Shown: positions 53,067 through 64,000 of the stretch, piece by piece
Numbering within the stretch: the first letter of the stretch is position 1
Layout: every line of letters starts with the position of its first letter
Source of the DNA: Octopus vulgaris
Taxonomy: Eukaryota
Length of the DNA: 64,000 nt
Direction of reading: 5' to 3'
Assembly: GCA_951406725.2 (NCBI GenBank)
Contig: OX597830.1
Coordinates: 70,308,001-70,372,000, forward strand
Program-made: the position numbers and the translations under genes
Notes under the pieces: generated by a model
The model's database searches: none
What the model was told of the DNA's origin: nothing
Seen by the model: the letters and a program-made list of their open reading frames with translations, nothing else

Positions 53067-53429
53067 CGTTTTCCTACGGACATACAAACAATTAAGGTGT
53101 TTGTGTATGTGCGACAAGTCAACCAGTCTGTGCTCCTCTAGTCGTTATCACGCTCCATTGATTTTGGAGGGCAAGAAAAAAATCCTCGCAGTCGTGATGC
53201 GATGGTAAAGCAAGGTTTACAAGACCAGATAACAACAACAACAACAATAACAATATTAACAAAAAACATTTTTTTTTATATATATATATTTATAAAAGAA
53301 AGAAAGCAAAAATTAAGTTAGAAATTAAAATGATCCAGAAAATGCAGGCGAAATTCTATGTGAGTATAAGGCTTTGATGCCTGATTTTGTGACATCACTT
53401 ACTTTTCCTAAGTATATTTTAGTTACTCT

Positions 53430-53826
53430 TTCTTACTCTTTTACTCTTTACTTGTTTCAGTCATTTGACTGCGGCCATGCTGGAGCACCGCCTTTAATCG
53501 AGCAACTCGACCCCGGGACTTATTCTTTTGTAAGCCCAGTACTTATTCTATCGGCCTCTTTGGCCGAACCGCTAAGTAACGGGGACGTAAGCACACCAGC
53601 ATCGGTTGTCAAGCAATGTTAGGGGGACAAACACAGACACACAAACACACACACGCATATATATACATATATACGACGGGCTTCTTTTCAGTTTCCGTCT
53701 ATAAAATCCACTCACAAGGCTTTGGTCGGCCCGAGGATATAGTAGAAGACACTTGCCCAAGGTGCCATGCAGTGGGACTGAACCCGGAACCATGTGTTTG
53801 GTAAACAAGCTACTTACCACACACAC
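53430..53826 (-). mobile_element. SINE family B, near full length, young
   Basis: High identity to 54524-54933; B-box CCGGGTTCAGTCCC and CORE-like CCTTGGGCAAGT. Confidence 0.95.
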
Positions 53827-53982
53827 ACACACATAGATACGGTGGTGGGAGGGGCAAATTTTTCTTGAGATAAGTAATAGTAAAAATACGTCTGTATCTT
53901 AATTTCCGCTTTCTTTATGATCAACTTTTATTTCCGTATTGCTGTATTGACTCTTTGCAATTTGTATGACACAAACAAATGT

Positions 53983-54024
53983 ATCAACAATGTTTCTAGA
54001 CTTTCACGTTTCCATCTTCAGGAT
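53983..54024 (-). ncRNA. Minimal hammerhead motif
   Basis: Minus strand ATC-CTGAAGA-TGGA-AACGTGAAAG-TCTA-GAAAC-ATT-GTT-GAT: core intact, stem II TGGA/TCTA, GUU triplet, stem I only 3 bp. Confidence 0.5.
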
Positions 54025-54435
54025 GGAGTGATGCTAGTCTGTATCGCTGTTACTTTATCGTAGGCAGTGTCAATGAGATTACTTATAAACACTTATGCAT
54101 TTTCACCGAAATTTGCATATTTGACGGTTAGAATTTATGTCATCAATGGAGATTTATACATCAACCGCTAAAACTTCAAATCTCGGCATTTGTTCTCAAG
54201 AACGATCACATTATATTTGCCTACGATTAAAAAAAAAAGTGAGTGATTCACTGCAACGTTACTTCAGCTTGAAAAATGAGACTATGAAAATGGATTTGGG
54301 GATACGGAATTAACTCATACAAAAGTATGGTAAAAAGTATTGATGAAAACGACGAGACATGAACACAGTCGTGATTTCAATATAATATAAAATAATATAA
54401 ACATATCACGCACATGTATGCACGTATGTAATACG

Positions 54436-54469
<34 letters not shown>

Positions 54470-54476
54470 ATATATG

Positions 54477-54523
<47 letters not shown>

Positions 54524-54930
54524 TTCTCTTTTTTCTCTCTTTTACTTGTTTCAGTCATTTGACTGCGGCCATGCTGGAGCACCGCCTTTAGTCGAGCAAA
54601 TCGACCCCGGGACTTATTCTTTGTAAGCCCAGTGCTTATTCTATCGGTATCTTTTTGCCGAACCACTAAGTGACTGGGACGTAAACACACCAGCATCAGT
54701 TGTCAAGCAATGCTAGGGAGACAAGCACAGACACATAAACACATACACACAAACACATACACACACATATACATATATACGACAGGCTTCTTTCAGTTTC
54801 CGTCTACCAAATCAACTCACAAGGCTTTGATCGGCCCGGGGCTATAGCAGAAGAGACTTGCCCAAGATGCCACGGAACCCGGAACCATGTGGTAGGTTAG
54901 CAAGCTACTTACCACACAGCCACTCCTACG

Positions 54931-54933
<3 letters not shown>
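54524..54933 (-). mobile_element. SINE family B, full length
   Basis: Head reverse complement AGGCGTAGGAGTGGCTGTGTGGTAAGTAGCTTGC; small deletion after the B-box. Confidence 0.95.
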
Positions 54934-54982
<49 letters not shown>

Positions 54983-55058
54983 CACAAATATATTTTACAC
55001 CATATACATATACATGATGGAAAGTTCATGATTACGAATATGCGTGTATGTGTGTGTA

Positions 55059-55127
<69 letters not shown>

Positions 55128-56360
55128 CTGAGCATGAGGGTGCACATAAAAGAACTGTTTTAGCGAGATGTGAATGTTTCTTCTTCTGCTTGGTGGTGCT
55201 AGTGTTGCAGCTGGTATTATTATTATTATTATTATCATTATTATTATTATTATTATTATTTTTGTTGTTGTTGTTGTTGTTATTAATGTATTTATTTATT
55301 CATTCATTCAGTTTTGCGAATTTGTTGTTGTTGTTGTTGTTGTTGAAGTGGTTGTTGGTGCTTACGGTAAGCTTACGGTGGCGTTGTCGTCGCCGGTGTC
55401 GTCGTTGCTGCTGTTGTTATAGTTGTTGTTGTCAGTCAGTCAGTCATGAAGGGTGAAATGTGTCCGTGTGTGTACCCGTATGTGTGTGTGTATGTATGTA
55501 TGTATGTGCGTGCGTGTGTGTGTGTGTGTTCGTGTGTTAAGTGAAGTAGAAAAAATATTGAAATAAGTGAATTGAGAAGCATAACAAAAAAGGGAAAGTT
55601 AGGAAAAGAACCGAATTATGTTCTTTTTTGTTGTTGTATTTGTAGTTTTGTTGTTGTTTTTTGCTGGTGTAGATTTTTCCTGCAGTAGTAGTAGTAGTAG
55701 TAGTAGTTGTTGTTGTTCCCAAAGAAATATAACAAAGAGATGAGGGGATTTACGAAAGAAGGCAGCAAAAAGAAAGAAAAAAAACCCAAAAAGAAATAGA
55801 ATAAAATAAAATAAAAATAGAAATAGAATAAAAAAATAAAATAAAATAAAAATAGAAATGCAAAAACAAAAAAAAGAAAAGATAGAATGAGGAGTGGATT
55901 TAGTGAAAAGACGAACGAGAAGAGAGACTATGAGGTGAGTTGCAGTACACACACCGGGATAGGTGTGTATGGACCTGTAATACTTGACGATGTACGTTAT
56001 ACAGAAACCATACACCGGATGATCCAACGACGGTTGTTTCTAATCCGGCTGCTTGCCCTGCTGGTGCTATATAAAAAAAGGCAGACCAGATTTCACTCAA
56101 AATTACAAAACTCTTAAAGGTTGTCAGAAGAAGAAAAAGAAAATGAAGAAAAAAGATGGAGGATGTACTAAATAAGGTCGTTGTTTGGGTTGCTTAACTT
56201 ATTTTAGTGATTACGACATGGCCCATGCTGGAGCACTACTTTCGTTTAGGCATAGGTGCATAGACGGAACATGAGATGTAACTTCTACACATGTAAGACT
56301 TGTATGTATGTATGCATGTATGTCTGTATGCATGTATGTATGTATGTACGTTCGTATGTA

Positions 56361-56409
<49 letters not shown>

Positions 56410-56599
56410 TGTATAAAATACATACACAAAATACGGGTAGTTTATCCTGTTCATGCTATATTAGCATTATCTTGAGTTTGAGAATAAAAAAAATTACTTC
56501 TTTAAGCCGATATATATTGATATATACATATACATGTAATATACATTGATATGCACATATATATTTATATATCTATCTACCAACCTATGTACATATATG

Positions 56600-56657
<58 letters not shown>

Positions 56658-56756
56658 CACATATACATATGTATATACATATATACATATATAAATAAAT
56701 AATATATATATATATGTGTGTGTGTGTGTGTATATAAGACTTCGAAGAAACTAACA

Positions 56757-56806
<50 letters not shown>

Positions 56807-57164
56807 TGTTAGTTTTAGTTTCTTCGAAGTCTTTTCGGCTGATCGGACAGTATGAAAATCATGCACTAACATCGAATTTTATCTGTCCGAAGAGCTGATT
56901 GGACGGCAGGCAGACTCCACATAATCACAAACATTTGGATCAATCGGAATAGAATTTAATACAATACCATTGTATTGAGTACTTCGTACCTCCATGAATC
57001 CATCCATCCATTTGTACATACATACACACGCATGATCACACACACACACATACACACACACACACCTACTTGTATATATAAATGCGTGTGTATGAGCGTG
57101 TGTTGATATATAGATACGTACATACATTCATACATGACATATGTATATATATGTATGTAAGTAA

Positions 57165-57198
<34 letters not shown>

Positions 57199-57215
57199 GT
57201 ATGTGTGTGTGTGTA

Positions 57216-57279
<64 letters not shown>

Positions 57280-57589
57280 CATATAGACACACATACATAT
57301 ATATATATATGTGTGTGTGTGTGTATGTGTAACGTTTATTTTTGAAATATTAGGGTAAACGCGCATTGGTGACGAATTCATGTTATCTTTTAAATTCATT
57401 TTAAATTTAGTTTTCGGAATTGTTATCGCTGTTATAAATATAGTTATTTAATCATAGGTCAATATCCGACGCTATCATCCTCACCCACCCATACACACAT
57501 CCTAAAACAAACTTTAATTTAAGCACACAATCTGTGCAATTTTTGACCGGAGGCCGTTAGTCGCTCCTGGAAACACATGTGGATAATAT

Positions 57590-57740
57590 AATATTTTATC
57601 GACCATATTATAGGTATGAAAGGCAAAGAAAATAAAAAACCCCAAACAAACTAGAAGTTAACCTCGGCGTGATTTGAACTCAGGGTACAAAGACCCGGAA
57701 CAAATACGGAAGCTTTGATTATTCGGTCACCTTACCGCCT
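57590..57740 (-). mobile_element. SINE family A, degenerate
   Basis: TTTATCGACC..ATGAAAGGCAAAG...CCTCGGCGTGATTTGAACTCAG. Confidence 0.7.
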
Positions 57741-57950
57741 TAGTATAATGACCAATAATAATAATAATAATAATAATAACAAACAACAAAGAACGTGTGG
57801 AATTGAAATCATATTAAAATAGCATTTTTGTAAACAAATAAAAAGGCATGATGGCCACAGCAGCCACATACATACATACATACAAACAAAAACAACAAAA
57901 GAAAATCCCATTGTCATAACAGTAGCCACAACAACCGCCAACAGTGTCAG

Positions 57951-58013
<63 letters not shown>

Positions 58014-58111
58014 TAACAAACATCAGCATCATTACGGACGAATCACGAATCAGGGGATGGGAACACACATCGCCCCCAGTGTTCGAATTGGTTAAAAATT
58101 TCAGTGACGCG

Positions 58112-58145
58112 ATAGTAGTAGTAGTAGTAGTAGCAGCAGAAGCAA

Positions 58146-58185
<40 letters not shown>

Positions 58186-58204
58186 AGTAGTAGTAGTAGT
58201 AGTG

Positions 58205-58236
<32 letters not shown>

Positions 58237-58289
58237 GGTGGTGGTGGTAATAGTAGTAGTAGTAGTAGTAGTAGTAGTAGCAGAAGCAA

Positions 58290-58352
<63 letters not shown>

Positions 58353-58410
58353 TAGCAGCAGCAGCAATTGTTATTGTTGTTGTTGCTCGCGGCGGTGGCG
58401 GCGGTGGCGG
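58112..58410 (+). repeat. Compound (TAG)/(GTG)/(GCA) trinucleotide tract
   Basis: Directly visible; the interruption GCAGAAGCAATA is duplicated. Confidence 0.95.
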
Positions 58411-58997
58411 TGACCGTCGCATTGGCGGGTGTTTGATCCACCCCAGATCTGTTTTGCTTCAGCGGACAAGAACTACGATTTAAAAAAAAAACAAAAAAAA
58501 AACAAAAAAGAAGCAAAACAAAACATCCCAACCATGCCCGTCTCGTCTTACCTATCTAACTAAAACCAGAATGCATCAAGGACCACCGTTATCAAATACA
58601 ACCTTGTCTATATATATATTTTATTTTATTTTATTATTGTTTCTTTTTTCTCTCCAAAGAACGTAGGGCCTATTTCAAGACAGAGATTTGACTGCTATTT
58701 CTAGCAGATCCAAGACTGCATAAAGCATCCCCCCGTTGTTGCTCGTTGAGATTTTGATGATGATAGTTGTGGTCGTTCTTGAGATGGTAGTGATTGTGGT
58801 GGTGGTGGTGGTGGTGCTTGTGGTGGTAATGGTGGTGGTGTTTGTGGTGGTAGTGGTGGCGGTGATGGTGGTGGTGGTGGTGATGGCGATGGCAAAATAG
58901 GGTGGGTGGGGTTATGGCCGTGGTGACAAACGCTAATAGCAAAAACATAAAAAGGATTTCCTGTTTTAATGTTGATGTAAATGAGTGATTTGTATGT

Positions 58998-59047
<50 letters not shown>

Positions 59048-59207
59048 GTGTGTATGTGTGTGCGTGTGCGCGCGAATAATAATAAGCAACACACGGTGCA
59101 CATATATATGTATATATATATATGTATTTGCATACATGTATAGTATATATTTACATAAATGAAAATACGTCAGTTATATATATATATATATATGTGTGTG
59201 TATATCT

Positions 59208-59473
59208 TATCTTTTCTTTTACTTGTGTCAGTCATTAGACTGCGGCCATGCTGGGGTACCGCGTTGAAGAATTTTTAATTCGAATGAATCGACCACCCCA
59301 CCACCACCACCACCACCATCACCACGCCAAGACTTATTTTTTTAAAAGCCTGGTACTTAGTCTATCGATCACTTTGGCCTAACCGCTAAGTTACGGGGGA
59401 CGTAAACACCCCAACACCGGTCATCAATCGGTGGCAGTTAAACAACACAGATACACACACACACACACATACG

Positions 59474-59510
<37 letters not shown>

Positions 59511-59686
59511 AATATATATTGTGTGTATACACGACGTGCTTCTTTCAGTTTCCCTCTACGAAATCCACTCATGAGGCCTAGGCTTGTAGTAGAAGACACT
59601 TGCCCAAGGTGCCACGCAGTGGGCCTAAACCCAGAACCATGTGGCTGGTAAGCAAGTTTCTTAACGTGCAGCCACGCCTGGCGCCT
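59208..59686 (-). mobile_element. SINE family B, full length with (CAC)n insertion
   Basis: All diagnostic blocks present, ending GCCACGCCTGGCGCCT. Confidence 0.92.
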
Positions 59687-59714
59687 AGTTTGTCATATAT
59701 ACACGTGTGTGTAT

Positions 59715-59760
<46 letters not shown>

Positions 59761-60446
59761 GTGTACGTACAAAAAAGTGCGAGTTTGCGCGTATATGTGC
59801 GTGTAGTGTGTATGTATGTATGTATGTATGTATATGTGCGTGTGTATGCACAAGAGCACACTTAAATTTTGTTATCATTTATAAAGTGTTATAAAAGTCG
59901 GCCGATCATCGTCTCACTTAGAGAGGTTCTCACGCAAGAAATTGGACGTGCCATCACGGAAACACATCAAATCAGGTGTGTATATGAAGGCGTATACTAA
60001 GTCCATTTAAAAGAGATTGTCGGCAAGACTTGCTAAAGCTGCTAAAGATAAACTCATTGGGAGCTGAGGGACAGAAATAATTAACACAGTTATGACATGT
60101 ATATTATATATTATACATATATGTGAGTGTATATGTATAAATGAATGTTTCTATTATATATTTTCGTACGTACAATCACTCACGCACATATGTGTGTATA
60201 CATCTACATGTGTAACGAAAATATATATCTTTAAGTATAGACGTATTTCTATGTGCATACGTATCTATAAGTGAGTATGTATATGGATCAAAGTTTCGCA
60301 TTGAGCTCTATATGGAATGTTTTAATAACTTTCCAATATACTCCCATATAATGTATGTAAGCGTGTGTATGTGTATTTGTGTGTATGTGTGTGTGTGTGT
60401 GTGTGTGTAAATGCATGTAATATCATCTATCTACCTACCCTCTTAC

Positions 60447-60527
<81 letters not shown>

Positions 60528-60685
60528 AATCAATCAACCTACCTACATAACTATCTATCAATCTACCTATGTATGTATGTATGTATGTATGTATGTATGT
60601 ATGTATGTTTGTATGTATGTATCTATCTATCAATCTACCTATCTACCTATCTACCTATGTATGTATGTATGTATCTATCTATCTA

Positions 60686-60720
<35 letters not shown>

Positions 60721-61214
60721 ATTTACATGTACGAAGGTGTGGCTGACATGCGAAAAGCTCGCTTGACAACAATACCATTCCGATTATATAACAACTGCAT
60801 GTTAGGTCAGAGCTTGAGATATACCCTCGGAACAACCCAAGCTTTATAAGTGAAGGTGAGTAGATGAAAATTGGAAAATTGTAGAAGCCTCTTCGACTAG
60901 ATCTCGCCAGGAATTCGGAGAACAGGTAGAGGTTTCTACCAATATGTCAAACTGATTATACGTGACAAATATTTTACGGGTACATAAAGTCTGTGGAATA
61001 CAACATTTACACTTCGCTCGTTAATTAAATAATTGAATGACAAGGCATTTCAGTTGACCGGACAACATGACACTCATGCGTCGTAGGAATGAACCAAAGC
61101 GGCCGTCATGTGTGTGTGTGTGTGTATACGTGTGCGTGTGTGTGTGCTTGTATTTGTGTGTGTGCGTACGTGTGTGCTTGTTTTTGTGCGTGTGCGTGTG
61201 TGAGCATGTATATA

Positions 61215-61284
<70 letters not shown>

Positions 61285-61413
61285 CATACATATATATATA
61301 CTTATTTGCACCCACACGTAAGCATCTCTGTCTGACTGTCTGTCTGTCTGTCTTTTTTCTCTATATATATATATTTGTGTATATGTACATATACAGACAG
61401 ACAAATAGATATG

Positions 61414-61445
<32 letters not shown>

Positions 61446-61450
61446 CAGAC

Positions 61451-61566
<116 letters not shown>

Positions 61567-61812
61567 TCTGTTTATCACGAAAATACATTAGCAGGTAGCT
61601 TTCATGGAGTACTCCATGAAACTAATGTTTTTAGTGCTTATACAAGAAATTCTGGACAAAATTGTTCGGTTTATAAATATATCCAAGCAAATATAAGTCT
61701 CACCAGGACACGGAAATCGTCCCACGTATCCAAACGTATACGCAAATGAATTCACAGATGTATATACATACATATACACACATATGTATGTGTGTGTGCG
61801 TGTATATATACA

Positions 61813-61892
<80 letters not shown>

Positions 61893-61964
61893 CATACATA
61901 TATATATGCGCATAGACATTTATATGTACATGCATGTATATATATATATATTTGCATGTATGTA

Positions 61965-62007
<43 letters not shown>

Positions 62008-62019
62008 AGATACACACAA

Positions 62020-62056
<37 letters not shown>

Positions 62057-62229
62057 TATTTATTTATACTTATGTGTTTGTAATCGATCATCTACAATCG
62101 CTTGAAATCAGTGCCCCAGCTTGGCCAGAGTCCAATGTCTGAAGTCCCCCCCTCTTTCTCTCTCTCTCTCTCTCTCTGTACACACAGACACATACACACA
62201 CGCACATATGTATACGCATATGCTTGTAT

Positions 62230-62313
<84 letters not shown>

Positions 62314-62347
62314 ATATATGTTAGCTATATGTACACACACAAACACA

Positions 62348-62387
<40 letters not shown>

Positions 62388-62571
62388 CACAGAGGCACAG
62401 GACACGCTATTACACCTCGCAGCGGTGCCAAGTGCCAAGTACAGAGATTGTACAACAAACTCCACTGTTTACTGGTCTACTGTCCATGATATAACAACTG
62501 AACAACGGTTATAAATATCCGTGTCTCTTATTTTACACAATGTAAAATGTAACCAAGAAATCTTTATCCTA

Positions 62572-62646
<75 letters not shown>

Positions 62647-62671
62647 GTTATTATAAAAAAAATTATTATTA

Positions 62672-62743
<72 letters not shown>

Positions 62744-63114
62744 TTAATATCGATATAATTCTTTTCGCTAATTGAAGGAAAGAAACGGATATAGAAAAAA
62801 AATAAGGGAGAGACCGAATAACAGAAGGAATGAATGAAAAAGTCGGAATTCAAGTGATAATTACGACGAAGAATGATTCTAATAAGCGAACGTTTTGTTT
62901 TGACTAGCTACAAGATACCAGAAATTTTTGGGGTAGAGAAAAGATGGTTTAATGTGTATGATTCACATATAATGTAGTATTTATTGTTAGCCAAATAATT
63001 ACGAGCAGTTGAAATCGTATACGGGTTGGGATTTCATATTTCAAGGTTCAAATTCGAGGGGTTACTCAAAAAATGCCATTCCTTTCATTTTTAATTTGCC
63101 AGTCTAATAAAAAG

Positions 63115-63195
<81 letters not shown>

Positions 63196-63206
63196 TTATC
63201 TATCTA

Positions 63207-63260
<54 letters not shown>

Positions 63261-63454
63261 AGAGAGAGAGGGAGAGAGAGTAGAAAAACAACGATCACTA
63301 GCTGGAAAAATACATAGATTTGTGTGTGTGAGTGTGTGTATATATTTATGCATAGGTGGATATATATATATAGATATATTAACAAACACATATATAAATA
63401 CATATGTATATATATATACATATATATATTAGGTTAGACCAATGGAACTATTTT

Positions 63455-63502
<48 letters not shown>

Positions 63503-63827
63503 GTAATAAAAATAATAAAAATAATAATAAAGATAGATACACACGTTAATTATAAATTGATGGTCTATTTTTACAAGTAAATGGTTCCCCAAATTTGCTA
63601 GAAATCCAGGAAATTAAAATCAGAAGGAAATTTCGCGAATAAAAGTTACACACACACACACACACACATAGATATGCATTTATATATACCATACGTTACA
63701 TATTCGTTAATAACTATGCCCACATTTGACGGCATATGTATACCAACTTCACTTTTTGGTATATACTTTAATACATATTATTCATGTATATATATATACA
63801 TATTTACATACATATATACATACATGC

Positions 63828-63875
<48 letters not shown>

Positions 63876-63916
63876 TATATATAAAAATGGGACAAGGCAT
63901 ATATATAAGTTATATA

Positions 63917-63955
<39 letters not shown>

Positions 63956-64000
63956 AATGATGTATATGAGATTTATCTATATATATGAATGTAACCTATG

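Noticed and set aside
55991-56020. Resemblance to miR-iab-8
   Set aside because: Gapped partial match with no iab-type precursor; the family is known from arthropods
57814-58531. Mucin-like poly-Thr or poly-Val ORFs
   Set aside because: Products of the trinucleotide repeat

Overview
AT-rich eukaryotic DNA with very dense microsatellites ((TA)n, (CA)n, (GATA)n, (TACA)n, (TAA)n, (GAA)n, (GGT)n, (TAG)n). The repeat landscape suggests a coleoid cephalopod, probably Octopus; this is an inference. I recognise no intact protein-coding gene: almost all listed ORFs are translations of simple repeats, so the window is probably intergenic or a large intron. Between the microsatellites are about 30 copies or fragments of three tRNA-derived SINE families, decayed LINE 3' ends (RTE, CR1/L2-group, possibly Dong/R4), a short bipartite RTE-derived element, several MITEs and a Helentron-like element. 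The most notable signal is a set of minimal type-I hammerhead ribozyme motifs (CUGANGA...GAAAC-loop-NUH) of the kind known from Penelope-like elements. Some sit as inverted pairs next to (TA)n tracts, and the pair at 28127-28292 looks intact on both strands. Other signals are SINE concatemers sharing one junction at two loci, nested insertions with clean target-site duplications, a 223-bp near-identical duplication, and non-repetitive islands that fold into long hairpins or carry clusters of transcription-factor motifs. All folding and alignment was done by eye, and element boundaries are approximate unless a TSD is given.
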